Shown here: positions 1 to 18,073 of the stretch, one piece after another
How the letters are laid out: each line of letters opens with the position of its first letter
Numbering within the stretch: position 1 is the stretch's first letter
Source: the human T2T-CHM13v2.0 reference genome, Homo sapiens
Direction: 5' to 3' (one strand)
Length of the DNA: 64,000 bases
NCBI RefSeq assembly: GCF_009914755.1
Contig: NC_060932.1
The notes under the pieces: model-generated
The model's input: only the letters and a program-made list of their open reading frames with translations
Databases searched by the model: none
What the model was told of the DNA's origin: nothing
Translations under genes and position numbers: made by a program

Positions 1-137
1 AGTTTCTCACTATTAACTGTGATGTTAGTTGTAGGTTTTTTTTAGATGTTAGCAAGTTGAGCAAATTTCCTTCCATTTCTAATTGATGTATTTCTAATTG
101 ATGTATTCAGATCAATTACATTTAAAGTGATTATTGA

Positions 138-559
<422 letters not shown>

Positions 560-688
560 TGAGTATTTTATATGAATCTATTTTCTTAGCATAAAAATTA
601 TACTTAAAATTTTTTTTTAGTGGTTGCCCTAGAGTTTGCAATATACATTTACAACTAATCAAAGTTCACTTTGCAATAACAGTATACT

Positions 689-1084
689 TCTGTTAGTCTG
701 TTTCCATTGCTATGAAGAAACACCTGAGACTGGGTAATTTATAAAAAAAAGTTTATTTGGCTCTCAGTTCTCCAGGCTGTACAGGAAGCCAGGTCCCATC
801 ATCTGCTTCTGGTGACAGCCTCAGGAAGTTTACAATCATGGTGGATGGCAAAGGGGAGGCAGTGTGTCACATGGCAAAAGAAAGAGTAACAGAGAGAGGG
901 AAGAGGTGGCAAACTCTTTTAAACAAAGATCTTTCCTAAACTCTCATTACCATGCGGGCAGTATCAAGCCATTCATGAAGGATCCAACTCCATGGCTCAA
1001 ACTTCTTCCACTAGGCCCACCTCCAGCACTGGGGATCACATTTCAACATGAGATTTGGAGGGGACACACATTCAAACCATATCA
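689..1084 (-). mobile_element. MaLR solo LTR (MSTB-like)
   Basis: tgttagtctgtttccattgctat...ctgagactgggtaatttata...tttcaacatgagatttggaggggaca...aaaccatatca. Confidence 0.88.
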
Positions 1085-1148
1085 ATAATGCTTCATTCTT
1101 AGTGCAGGTACCTTATAACAAAGTATTCCCAATTGCTGCCATTCATTC

Positions 1149-1449
1149 TTTTTTTTTTTTTTTTTTTTTGAGACAGAGTCTCAATCTGTTACCCAGATTG
1201 GAGTGCAGTGGCATGATCTCGGCTCATTACAATATCTACCTCCCAGGTTCAAGAAATTCTCCTGTCTCAGCTTCCTGAGTAATTGGGATTACAAGTATGC
1301 CAACCATGCCCAACTAATTTTTGTGTTTTAGTAGAGACAGGGTTTCACCATGTTGGCCAGGCTGGTCTTGAACTCCTGGCCTCAGGTGATCTGCCCACCT
1401 TGGCCTCCCAAAGTGCTCGGATTTATAGGCCTGAGCCACTGCCCCTGAC
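1149..1449 (-). mobile_element. AluS (Sx/Sz-like)
   Basis: Poly-T plus Alu dimer; TSD tgccattcattcttt on both sides. Confidence 0.93.
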
Positions 1450-1625
1450 TGCCATTCATTCTTTATAACATTGCTGTCATTAATTTCATTTATTCATAAG
1501 CTATAATCACAAAATTAATTTTTGTTATAATTTCAGACAAACCGCTCTTAGACTAATATTTAAAAAGAAAAATAACACATGAATATATGTTATTTTACTT
1601 TTGTTTACTCCTATAACACTCTTCC

Positions 1626-1901
1626 TTTTTTTTTTTTTTTTTAAAGACGGAGTCTCACTCTGTCGCCAGGCTGATGTGATCTCGGCTCACTGAAACCTCC
1701 CGGGTTCAAGCGATTCTCCTACCTCAGCCTCCCGAGAAGACTACAGGCATGCGCCGCCACGCTCCACTAAGTTTTGTATTTTTAGTAGAGACGGGGTTTC
1801 ACCATGTTGGCCAGGATGGTTTCAATCTCTTGACCTCGTGATCCACCCGCCTCGGCCTCCCAAAGTGCTGGGATTACAGGCGTGAGCCACCGCGCCCGGC
1901 C
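1626..1901 (-). mobile_element. AluSc-like
   Basis: CpG-rich Alu with ctgtcgccagg and caggatggt..tctcttgacctcgtgatc; TSD cactcttccttt. Confidence 0.92.
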
Positions 1902-3409
1902 TCACTCTTCCTTTCCTTATGTAGATCCAAGTTTCTGACCTATGTAATTTTCCTTCTCTCTGAAGAACTTTTTAACATTTCTTGCAAGGTAGTTCTATTG
2001 GCAACAAATTTCCTCATTGTTGTTTGTCCAAGAGTCATTCTCCTTCACTTTTGAATGATAATTTCACTGGATACAGAATTCCATACTGGTGGCTTTTTTC
2101 TAACTTACATATTTCACTTCACTCTTGAGTGCATAGTTTCCGAAGAGCAGTCAGATGTAATTCTTATAATTGTTCCTGTGTAAATAGGTTTTCTCCACCA
2201 CCAATCCCCAGCTTCTTTGAAGATTTTCTTTTTGTCTTTGAATTTCTGAAGTTTCAATATGATATGCCTAGGTGGAGACTTTTTGGTATCTATCCTGCTT
2301 GATATTCTCTGAACTTCCTGGCTCTGTGATTTGGTATCTCTCATGGCTTTTGAAAGATTTTTAGCCTTTATTACTTCTAATATTTCCTCTGCTCCTTTCT
2401 TTCTCTCTTTGAGTATTGATATACTTATTATGCATATATTGTACCTTTTGTAACTGTCTCACCATTCTTAGATATTCTGTTCTGGGTTGTTTTTTTTTTT
2501 TGTCATTCCTTTTTTTTTTTCTTTGCTTTTCAGTTTGGGAAGTTTCTTTTGATGTATTTTCTTGCTCACTGATTTCTTCCTCAGTTATGTACATTCTTTC
2601 AGTAAGCCCATTAAACTCTTCATTTCTATTACAACATTTTTTATTTTTAGCATTTTCTTTTGCTTCTTTCTTATTTCCTATCTCTCTGCTTGTATTACCC
2701 ATCTGTTCTTGCATGTTGTCCCCTTTTTAACTATACCTTTTAGAATATTATTCATAATTATTGTAAATTCCTGGTTTGATAATTGCAAAATCTCTGCCAT
2801 ATCTGAGTATCTGAGCCTGGTTCTGATGCATGCTTTCTCTCTTCAAACTGTTTTTATTTTTATTTTTATTTTTTGTTTCTTTTTTTTTGTTTTTTTGCAT
2901 TTGTTCATGCTTTGTAATATTTTGCTGAAAGTCAAGAATGATGTATCAGGTAAAAGGAATCAAAGAAAATGGGTCTTAATGTGAGGTTTTATGTTTGTCT
3001 AGCTAAGAGTTAGGTTCTGTTTACTGTATGCTGTAGCTGCAGGTGTCAGGGGCTAAAGTTTCCTCCAGTGTTCTTGTTTCTATCCCATCTTTTGTCTTTG
3101 AGTTTTTGTAGAGACTCCTTAAACAGGATCTGAACCTGTAGTTCTTTTAGCTATAATCAACTATTATTATTAAGAGCCTGACTGATGGGTTGGTAAGGTG
3201 TGGGTACAGAGGATGCATTGTGTAGTCCTATGGTTAGGTTCTAGTCTTTTAGTGAGCCTGTGCCTCTGGACTGTGACCTTCACAATTGCTTCTCAGCTTC
3301 CCTCCCTATCCCCCTTAGATGCGGGGGGAGGGAGACAAGACAATTAAATGGGGCTGGGGTTATTTCCCTTCCCCCAAAGGTCAGTTAGGTTCTGGTAAAG
3401 TAGTTTCTT

Positions 3410-3720
3410 TTCTTTTCTTGCCTTTTTCTTTGTTTTTTTTTTCTTTTCCTTTTGACAAAGGGTCTCCCTCTGTCACCCAGGCTGGAGTATAGTGGCACAA
3501 TCACAGCTCACTGTAGCCTCGACCTCCTGGCCTCAAGTGATCCTCTCACCTCAGCCTCCTGAGGTTGGACACCATGTCCAGCTAATTTTTTTTTTTTTTT
3601 TGTAGAGACAGGGTTTTACCAGGTTGCCCAGGTTAGTCTTGAACTCCTGGGCTCAAGTGGCCTACCCACCTTGGCCTTCCAAAGTGCTGGGGTTACAGGT
3701 GTGAACTACTGCACTCAGCC
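3410..3720 (-). mobile_element. AluJ
   Basis: cacagctcactgtagcctcgacctcctgg; antisense dimer with T-rich tail. Confidence 0.9.
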
Positions 3721-5070
3721 AAAAATAGTTTGAGGGAAGTCTTTGTTAAGAAAAACAGAAGGCCCTGGGTGCATTTCAGGTGGTTACTATTCCTTCCCCT
3801 TGCCAGGAACATGAAGGGATTTTTCCCTGCTTCACCCTTAGAACCTACTAGGGATCCTGGAGATAAAAATTATGAAAGTATGGGGTTATCCTAAAACCGA
3901 ATCTTAACAGATGTCTTAACTCTCATTCTAGTCCACATTGAGCCTTCAGAAAGTCACCGTGTTAACTTTTCCTATCACTACTGCTCCCAATGGCAGGATT
4001 TTGCTTTGGGCTTCTGCTCCTGGTCAGTTGTGATTCTTGGTATTTGTCCCTCCTTCCAGTTCTGGGGGCCACAGTTAGCCCTGTGATCTGAATTCTCTGA
4101 TGGCTCTACGAAGAGTTGTTGATTTTCAGTTTGTTCAGCTTCGTATATGCTGTGAGGATGGGAGTAATGACCTCTAAGCTCTTTACATATCAGACCAGAA
4201 ATCAGAAGTGATCCTCAAACTCTGATGATGCTTATGCATAATCATCACTGGGAATCGCTGACAGAAAAAATCTCTAATGAAAATCTATTGTAGTGTGTTA
4301 CTGGTGCAGCTATTCTTAAAGTAAGCTTGTTATAATCAACAGCCATTAGACCTATACTGTAGCTATTTTCACCCTATATTTTAATATTTTCATGCAAGTT
4401 AAGGGAAGAACCAAGGGTTTTTTTTTTTACACTAATGCCAGTACAGAGCACGTTAATGGGCACAAAATAGAATCAATAAATATTAATTGAATGAACAAAT
4501 AAAGTAATTAGGGTCCATTTTCCTTTAGGCTAGTCAAAACCTCCAAGCATATGAAAACCTAACCACAGATTAATGGTTACTTTTAAAAAATCCATTGCTT
4601 AAAATGCACTAAACTTTTTGAACAACTGGAAAAAATAAATGTTAGAACACTGAATTAGCTTTAAATTGTCTCCACAGGAAACCTATGCCTCCTATTGGGA
4701 TGTCTGGTAGTGACTCATTAGGGGAAATAGACAAATGTGACTTTAAGAACTGTTTCACAAGGAAAACTAAAGAATTGGGAACAATTTAATTTATCATTAT
4801 AAAGCAGGTCTCGAGAGAATTTTTTTTCTGGAATCTTTGTATAAAACCCAGTTTGGTTTCATACTTCTTTTCTTTATAGAATCATTCTCCATAAATCCAG
4901 GGCTTTCTGGGGATTAGCTATTCAAATCACATGTGTAAGTTTGAAACCAGTTATAACAATTTACTTATAAGATAAATGTGTAATTAATGACAGGGAGAGA
5001 GGCTGTTCCCCACTAAAATCTGTTGATACATTTTGAAAAGGCTATAATTGATGTGCTACAAGAGCCTAAA

Positions 5071-5345
5071 ACAGTGTTTTTCAATTGCCCCTTGATTTTT
5101 AGAACAAAAAAATGACTTCTTTTAAAACAGATTCCCCAGTCAAATTCATCTTGGAATTTTTTATGCAATAGCTTGCTCTTGTTAGAGAGATTAAAATGAA
5201 TGTATTATAACATATTGAAGTTTTAAAAAATTCTGCAGTAGAAAACTACCCAGATTTTAATTAATTTGGTGATAGAACCCATCCTTTACTTATTATTTTC
5301 CTCTGACATCTATTACTGTCTCATAAAATACACTTTGGGACATAT
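5071..5345. mobile_element. hAT-Charlie DNA transposon relic (MER103C-like)
   Basis: cagtgttttt start; ctgcagtagaaaac and catctatta...cactttggga end motifs; highly diverged. Confidence 0.45.
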
Positions 5346-6526
5346 CCTATTAAAATTTTTTTTTGAATAATCAATTTTGGAATAAATGTTTTGGAAATCC
5401 AGGAAAGGTAGAGCTGAGCTAATGAATAATTTAATGCTTGCTTCACTTTTGTCCTGGTATGATAGATTCTGCGGGAGGGAGGTATAATAGAGACATAAGC
5501 AATCTAAAATGGGTAATATAGAAGTCCAAATTCTCCTTTTGCTGATGGAGTTTTAATTACATCTGGTATCTACAATGACTCAAGTATAAGAAGATTAAGT
5601 GAATGTTTTAAAACTATGGTGGTAAATGTAAAGGTGAATAGATACCCCTTGGAAGGTTTGGATTTGCAAATTGATTCACATTCACCTTGAATAGCATATA
5701 TTTTATACATTATATGTCTATATACTTTTGTTTCTTTTTAAGAATCATAGAGGAAAAGATTTCATTTCATATTTGTTTTCAATAGTCCATGAGAATTTAA
5801 TGTATATAATTTGGTGATAACATCAGCCCTCTGTAAAGTATAGTCAGCATATTATTTAAGCACAATTGTAGCAAATAAGATTCAACCTTAATATGTTGTT
5901 ATCTGTAAAAGAATTGTATTAAATCTAATTAAAATGAAAAACTCTTTCCATGTTAATGTAGCAGTCATTCTGAACCAGTTGTTTTTCAGAATGATGCCTT
6001 TAGAGAAGCAATCTCAGATTTAACACAAAAGCCCAAAGAAATGGAAGACACATTTAGCATACTTCCTAAAAGAGGAGTCACATTTCGCAGTGTTTTAGAA
6101 GATAGACAACTGAATTTAAGATGTTAATCAGTGTGGAGTGCATTAAAATCACAAGGCTGTCCTCTACGAGACTAACTGTATTAAAGAGAATTCAACTGGC
6201 CAAGTAGAATGGCTGATACTTTAAACCTGTATTGACTCATATTTGAAATAGTAAGACACTTGAAATTGAATTCTTTATTTTGGTTTACATAGTCCTTGAT
6301 GGCTTGAATGTGTCATAGATTTCTCAAATAACTAATAAAAGTTGGAATTACTTTCCATAAGAATTAAAAGTGGTATTTTGGTGCCCATACTGTGAATCAG
6401 TGTAATTCTTCAGAGAAAGAACTTCAAAAAAAGCAAATAAACATGAATGTGAATCACTGGTATGGGCCAAGTGATTGGACTAAATCTACTCTCATGTCCC
6501 TTAAAACTGTAAAGTATAAACTGTCA

Positions 6527-6690
6527 TGCAGTGTAATGTAAAGCACATGAGTTCTGAATTAGACTGTATTTGAATCTTGCATCTGGCAGTTTTTAGTTAC
6601 ATGACTGCAATGTATTCAATTTCTCTGAGTCTCAGTTTCCTAATAAAAATGATTGGATTAAAAATAAAATACTTCTCTTGAAAAGCTACT
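6527..6690 (+). mobile_element. MIR
   Basis: Core ttctctgagtctcagtttcct..aaaatga. Confidence 0.7.
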
Positions 6691-6720
6691 GAATACAGTC
6701 ACCAGAAATGATACAAAAGC

Positions 6721-6899
6721 GTTTGGGAGGGCTCCCAGATAGCTGAACACATGAAGGTTCCTGGAGGGTGGTGTCCCAGAGGGTCATGGAAGTTCCACGC
6801 CCCTTCTCACATGCCTCGCTCTGCGCATCTCTTTATCTGGTGTTCATCTGTATCATTTGTAATGTCTTTTATAATAAACTGGTAAACCTAAAAAAAAAA
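6721..6899 (+). mobile_element. MER21 LTR fragment ending in AATAAA plus A-run
   Basis: gatagctgaacacatgaaggttcctggagggtgg...catggaagttccacgcccctt...ctgtatcatttgtaatgtcttttataataaactggtaaac. Confidence 0.8.
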
Positions 6900-7200
6900 C
6901 TTCCAGTAGAAAAGTATCAAACTAAAGTATCTCATGTGAAGGATCAGAAATCAGAATGGTATCAGACTTCTCAATAGCAACACTGGAAGCTAAAGACAAT
7001 GTCATAAGCCTTCAAAATACTAAGTGAAAATTATTTTCAATCAATAATTCTGTATCTGACCAATCTTTCAATCAAGTATGCTTGTATAATAAAGATAATT
7101 TTGGATAGGCAAAATTTAAAAATTTCAATATACTCTTTCCAGGAAGCTACTCAAGGGTAATTTTCACAAAACAAGAGAGTAAATCCAGAAAGAAAGATTA
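6900..7200 (+). mobile_element. Old L1 (L1ME/HAL1-like) ORF1 3' part
   Basis: aatcagaatggtatcagacttctcaatagcaacactggaagctaaagacaatg. Confidence 0.75.
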
Positions 7201-9043
7201 GAATCGGCAAATCTTCTCCTAACCAGGAGCACAGGAGAAGGATGTGCAATCCAGAAATCCATTTCATTAATTTTTAATGAGAAATATAATGGTCAAGTGC
7301 CTGCAACACTGTTTATCATCTGGCTGTTACATCTTTTCCCTAGAGGAAAACCTAGGTAACAGACATGGTTATAATCATAAAGCTGTTGCTTTGTTAATAT
7401 GAATTAAAGTGAAGGGAGATAATCTATGAGGCCAAGAAATCCATGTCCATTCTCAGGGATCTCATCCCTCCTGGGGTAGCGGGGAAAATATGTTAGTGTT
7501 CTTATTTGATATATTATCTATCTACATTTAATTGTCACCTTCTGTGTTAACTTGTTCTTTCTATTAACTAGATTAAATTGATGAATTAACCTTTATTTGA
7601 GGAGTCCCAAAATTTCCTCAGTCACCTATTTACAAACCATCTTTCTAGACTGAATTAATGTTATACTTCAATGATTATGTATGATTCTTACTTCTTTTAT
7701 TCAAAGAAAATAACTTTATTTCCAACTTCTGGGGGCATCTCACCATAGCTACTCATGTACTGACCACATATGTACCCCCAACAAACTGAATAAAATTAAC
7801 AAGAATTCCCAAATAGAATAATCACAAAACAAACTTGTAATTAAGAATATGCTCAAAACATTTACCTTATTCTGAGCATTTTGGTTGCAAGGAACATAAA
7901 TTAGCTCAAGCAAAGGATGGAGAATTATAATGACAGATCTTAGTGTATCCAAGGAAATGCTATACAATCATGAACAAATGAGGCCTTTGGGGATTTCAAT
8001 AGCGAGAGATGCTGTATCATTACTCTAGGCTTCCACTACTATTTAGCTTAGCTACACAACTTTCTAGTGTTTCATTATTAATATAACTCAGCTACACTAT
8101 GTATGACTATTTTCTGTTTCCCAGTCTCTTTGATTTTAGAATATGTATTTTCTGAGACCAAAATACATATATAAATATTCTCTACCTTGATCAGTCAAAA
8201 CCACTATTGTAATAACCTCACACATGCATATACACACACATACACATATGCACACACTAATGTACACATATCAGCCATTCGAATCTGGTTTCAAATCTAG
8301 CAAAGAAAAGCAGAAATAAGAACATTTGGTATAATTTAAGAATGAAGAACAATTTTTGACATATTTTTTAAAGTGTCAGAAACATTATATCAAAGTATAG
8401 GGTTGACCCAAGGTTCCTACACAGGTTTGTTAAATTTGATCTATTCTATAATTACTGATATTTCCACTAATCCCAGTCACCTTCGCACTTTGAATCATTA
8501 GTCACAGCAGGGGATTCTGATGTAGTGTGAATGGATCAGTGCAAATCCACCCTTATCACTGGAATACTATCTCAAATTGCATGCCCTATAGCGGGTAAGG
8601 GTTAACATCTTGATATGTAAGTGATTAATTACAACCACCATTAAAATAATGATAGGGAGCTCATATTAAAACAAGCTAAAAGACAATCTAAAAATATAGA
8701 AAGATTAGAGAGCAGAGCAGCTGGAAGGGAAATGCTACTGTTGGGGAAATAAGAAAGATTAAAAGTCAATGTCTGATAGAGATTGAAGGGAATAGGAACA
8801 GAGAAATAAAAGAAAAATGAAATATTACAGATGGACTTTAAAAAGTTGAGCTAACTTCTTGTGAGCCATTACATTAAGGCCCCGTTTAAAAGGCAGTGTT
8901 CTGGTAATCATTCGAGGACTCCATTCTCTTTACCTTACCATTGCATATAGGTATCTTTAAACAAGGCGATCTTATAGCTATATTGAATGACATGAGACTT
9001 GTTTCAAATGAGAGACTAATACTTTCAAACTTATCTATGATAG

Positions 9044-9846
9044 GCAGTTTCTTGATCTTGAATTCATGGTCTCCCAGATGACCATAGATAGAATTTGAGG
9101 ATCTATAAACTCAGTTGAGAAAGATTATATCTTTATTTTTATTAACAGCCAACTTGAATTTAGCATTTCCTCCAATTGTGATTATAAACAGCAAACCACA
9201 ATACTACTAATAATACCTGGAACTGTGTCATGGATAGAAGTAATATATATTTTCATGTCACATTACAATTGTTACAGATACCTCAAATTATCATTTATGC
9301 TTATTATTCCTTTGAATTTACAATAGTTATTAGATTTGCTTCTATTATCAAATGTGTCAATAAAGAAATACTTCTATTACTATATCACAATTTATTCTTT
9401 TTAATATTTTGATAACTATATTTCAATATAATTGGTTTCATTTATTTGCGTGTGTGTGTATGTGTGACACAGGGTCTCACTCTGTTGCCCAGGCCCGAGT
9501 GTAGTGGTGCGACCTCCCCAAACTCAGTTGATCCTCCTATCTCTGCCTCCTGAGTAGCTGGTACTACAGGTGCATGCCATTATGCCCAGATAATATCTGT
9601 ATTCTTTGTAGAGATGGGAGTTTCACCAGGTTTTCCAGGCTGGTTTCGAACTACTAGGCTCAAGGAATCTGTCCACCTCAGCCTCCCAAAGTGCTAGGAT
9701 TACAGGCGTGAGCCATCACTCCTGGCCTATTATAATTGGTTTCACTTGTATTCTTATTTATTTTATTTTAGGCATTTTAAAACATGATTGTGAGAAATGT
9801 TTCATAGATTGCAGGAATGTTCATGGAACAAAGTTTTAAGACCCCT
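9044..9846. mobile_element. hAT-Charlie DNA transposon (Charlie4a-like), split by AluJ
   Basis: gaatttagcatttcc, cacattacaattgttacagata, gataactatatttcaatataattggtttc and terminal ttaagacccct match the recalled consensus. Confidence 0.7.
9441..9727 (-). mobile_element. AluJ with a tail mutated to (TG)n
   Basis: TSD tataattggtttca on both sides. Confidence 0.9.
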
Positions 9847-9870
9847 AATTAAGGGGACTCAAAATATCAG

Positions 9871-10293
9871 TGATATGATTTGGATGTTTGAGTCCTTCAA
9901 ATCTCATGTTGAAATGTAATCCCCAACGTTGGAAGTGGGGCCTAGTGGAAAGTATTGGATCATGGGGGCTCATTCCTCATAAATGGCTTAGCACCATCCC
10001 ATGGGTGATGAGTGAGTTCTTGCTCAGTTATTAACAGTTCACATGAAACCTGGTTGTTTAAAAGAGTCTGGGACCTCGCTCTTTTCTCTCTTGCATCTGT
10101 CTCACCATGTGAAATGCCTACTCCCACTTCCCCCGCCATGATTATAGGCTTCCTCAGGCCCTCACTAGAAGCAGATGCTGGCACCTGGCTTCCTGTACAG
10201 CCTGAAGAACAGCGAGCCAATTAAACCTCTTTTATTTATAAACTATCCAGTCACAGGTATTCCTTTATAGTAATGTAAAAATAGACTAACACA
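9871..10293 (+). mobile_element. MaLR solo LTR (MSTB-like)
   Basis: tgatatgatttggatgtttg...aaatctcatgttgaaatgtaatcccc...agactaacaca; 5 bp TSD atcag. Confidence 0.9.
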
Positions 10294-10440
10294 ATCAGTG
10301 ATTCAGTAAGCATTTTCATGTTAATTAAAAATAGATTTTTAAAATAAGTAACACAGTATCATTTTTAATAGGAGTATTTTTAAAAATATCAAATAGTATA
10401 GAATATAAATAAAATAGTATATGAAAGAGTCCTGGACAAG

Positions 10441-10588
10441 TGGACAAGTGTGGTGGCTCACATCTGTAATCTCTGCACTTTGGGAGGCCAAGGTGGGAGA
10501 AGCGCTTGAGCCTAAGGGTTCAAGACCAGCCTGGGCAACATAGTGAGACCCTCTCTCTAAAATAAAAAAATTAAACAACAACAAAAAA
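10441..10588 (+). mobile_element. FLAM / Alu left monomer
   Basis: Single monomer with A-rich tail; TSD-like aaagagtcct / aaagagttcct. Confidence 0.85.
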
Positions 10589-10803
10589 GAGTTCCTTCTT
10601 ACCTCCATATACTCCTGTTACCCAGTTCATTCTGTGGTGTCCTTCCTGACATTTTCTATGCATATTTAAAAGATTTCATTAAATGAATCTCTTAAAAATA
10701 TATAAATATATAAACAGAATCATAACATACATACCGTTCTACAACATGGCTTTTAAATTTAACAATATATTGTAGATATTTAAAAATATCATTACATATA
10801 ATT

Positions 10804-13744
<2,941 letters not shown>

Positions 13745-13894
13745 TAAATATTATTACATATAGATTTATCTCATTATTTTTTCAATTGTGGCATAATATT
13801 TCATGGTATTGTTAGATCACGAATTACATAATTGGTCTTCTATTAGTGGGTATTTAGATATTTTCAAACAATGTGCAGTGAACATCTTTATTTG

Positions 13895-14185
13895 AAGTGA
13901 TATTGAAAATATTTAACAATCCTTGTCATGGGTACTGGCCAATAAAATGGATCCCAACTTTCATGCTGGAGGGAGGTCCTAGGGGTGCCCTGCTGGGCTA
14001 CGTATTAACCCTTTCATTGCTGGACCACAGACAAGCCCACTGCAGAGGGCCCAGTCGCTGAGGTATTCAGTGAGGCAATCAGCAAGCTCTGTGCAGCAAC
14101 CACTTATCAGTTGGCTTAGAAGTATTTCTGTGTTTTAATAACCAGCATGGCTATAACTTTGCCTACTGGCTGACTTTACAGTCCG
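13895..14185. mobile_element. Ancient hAT-like DNA element (MamRep38-like), tentative
   Basis: GC-richer island with aaatatttaacaa, ggccaat and ttaaccctttcattgctgg motifs. Confidence 0.35.
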
Positions 14186-14199
14186 CTTGTCCATATATC

Positions 14200-15198
14200 T
14201 TTGAGCATTTGTGAGTCTATCTACTGCTTAAACTGCTAAAGTACAATTACTAGTTCAATAGAAATTTATATTTTATACCTAGATAATGTCAAATTGCCTT
14301 TCAAAAAAAGTGCACAAATTTATTCTTCCACTTAAAACCTTCAAAAACAATATCATTTTTCATCTTTGTCTATAAGTGTATATTCTAATGCTTAATTTTA
14401 TCAAATGTCAATCTTTGCATATTATGTGTTAATGGAATTGTATACTGCTCTCTTTTATTTTGCATTTGTAAATTTATGAGTGGGGTTGAGTGACTTTTTA
14501 TAGGTTTATATGTTAGTTGGCCTTTTTTTTTGAGCCCAGCCACTTTGAGTTCAGTATTTTGTCCATTCTGCTACTGAGTTTTCATTAGTTTTTTAAAAAT
14601 GAATCTTTAAGAGTTTTAAAAAGATGTATTAAGGAAATTAGCCCTTTACCACATTTGTCAGGTTCATTTTTTTTCAGGTTTATTGGTGTTTTAAATATGC
14701 AGAAAACTTTCTTTTCTATGTAGTCAAAATTATCAGCCTGTCTCTTTTGAATTCTAGATCTTATATCACTTTTTAAAAAGTCTATTAAAAACAGTCTTCT
14801 TAGTTCTTTTTTTAAAAAACTACTTCTATGGTTTTAGTTTAAATTTATTTATCCATCTGGAATTTATTTTAGTATAATGAGTGAGGTAGAAATCTCACTT
14901 AATTATTTTCCAAATGGCTAGCCAGTTGTCCCAATACTATTTATTGACTAATCAGGTTTTTCTCCACAGACCATACTAAATTCTTAAATGTACTTACATC
15001 CATTGTTAGATTTTTTGATATTTTCTATTGATCTTTTATTCTTATTCTGATATCATACTATTTTAATTACTATAAGTTTATGATACATTTTAATATTTAC
15101 AGGATTTTCCACTTTATTACTCTTTCCTTTTAAATTTTCCTAAATAATCGAATGCATTCAATCATCTGTCATATAAACTTTTAATTTTTTTCACATTT
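14200..15198 (-). mobile_element. Old L1 (L1ME-like) ORF2 remnant
   Basis: atccatctggaatttattttagtata...ccagttgtcccaatactatttatt. Confidence 0.65.
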
Positions 15199-15210
15199 CA
15201 TAAAATTAGT

Positions 15211-16013
<803 letters not shown>

Positions 16014-16173
16014 CACAAAATTAGTTTTCTATTTGGGATCAGAGTGAACTCATAGATTAAAAATAATATCATTACAAAGTTCAGTCTCTCTAGAAAAATA
16101 ATGTTGTCTTCCACTACAATGGCATCTTCAGTAGAATTTTATGTTGTCTTTACTTTTTAAAAAACTTTATTCC

Positions 16174-16463
<290 letters not shown>

Positions 16464-17940
16464 TGTTTATTCCTAGATTTTTGATTGTTCATTTCTATTG
16501 TGAATTGGATCTTTTTTCTTGTATAATTTCAAGCCAATTTTTTAGTGTGTATAGAAAAGTTATTGCTTTGTTTATTTTTTAAACTAGTAGGCTTACTGAA
16601 TTCTAATTGTTTACCATTGTTTTAATTTGCTTTCTTGGGTCTTCCAAGTAAACAACCACACCACTTGCAAATGCTGGTTCTTGTTTAGGATATTCATATC
16701 TTTTATTTCATTATCTTGTCTAATTGCATTTTCCAAAATAGGAAAAATATCAGAGTATTAAAAAAGAGACGGGGAATTTCTCCAAGGACAAAATTACATT
16801 ATGAGTCTTGGATAAACTAAAATGCTAAGAATAACTCTTGCTCAGGGAAGCTCCTTTTGTATATCATTTTCATTGTATAAATCACTCTTGGTTATATTTT
16901 CAAGCTCAGCACATTCTCCCTGCCCCATAATTGGTCTAATAATTTTAAAGTAAAAATTGATAGCTGTGGACAGCTATAAATAACAGGCATTAACACCATG
17001 CTTTCAAAATGCGCTTGTTTAGCTTTATTTTGCCAATAACTTAAACCATATGGAAAGGGCAAATTCTCCTTCACAAATGCATTCTAAAAATAGCATGCAG
17101 TAAATGATAGCATTTGACAAGTTTTTACCAATTTACTGATTCTCAGAGACAGGAAACCAAGTTGCTATAATCAGTTTAAAGTGAAAAAACATGCACCTTC
17201 CCAATCCAAGGTGTTTTATTTTTTTATCTTGTATTAAATCATGTTTATAGAACAGCAGCTTTGCCAGACAGGTTGCTGTGTATTCGCTTCTATTTTCTTT
17301 GCTACTGTTCCAGAAGCTGAAGGGTCAGTGATGAGATTGGTAACTTTTAGGAGCTTTAAGCTAAAGACATCAATGGACTTCCAGATATTCTAAATCTTTT
17401 AAATATCAAAGTGTGAAACTGATGACTGAGTTTCACCACATCTAAAACATTAACTTAGTTTCCTTAGCTGACATGCTGTGGGGCAGGTATAGGGACAGAA
17501 CATGAATAGGAGTAATGCCCAGAAACTGATTATTTACACCATTGACCCCCTTTTCTAACAGGGATGGGAGGTGAAGGTAAAAGTACCTAATGACACCTAG
17601 ATTTGAGCTGTGAATATTTATTTGCATGAGATAAAAAGTAACCCCTCTGATGTGCTTATGTGTGTCATGGCCCTTTTCCTATACATTGAACACTTGGACT
17701 TGGAGCATGAGCCGAAAGAGATGAGAAGATGAAAGTGATGCCTGTTAGAGGCTAAATGAAGCCAAGGTTATGACTGCTTGAAGAATAGGGAGTTCTATAG
17801 CGAGTTAATTCTACTATGTTTCACAGTGAACACAAGTAGTTCTTATCTACACTCATTGTGAAATTGCATATTCCCATTTTTTTTGTATTTTTTGTAGAGA
17901 CAGAGCTACAAAAATTAGAAACATTAATGTATTTGGCTAC

Positions 17941-18073
17941 TTTTTACGTATTTTTGTAGAGACAGGATTTTGCCATGTTGCCCAGGCTGATCTCCAACTC
18001 CTGGGCTCAAGTGATCCTTCTGCCTTGGCCTCCCAAAGTGCTGGGATTACAGGCATAAGCCACTGTGTCTGGG
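17941..18073 (-). mobile_element. FLAM / AluJ left monomer with a rearranged tail
   Basis: tttttgtagagacagg...caaagtgctgggattacaggcataagccactgtg. Confidence 0.85.
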
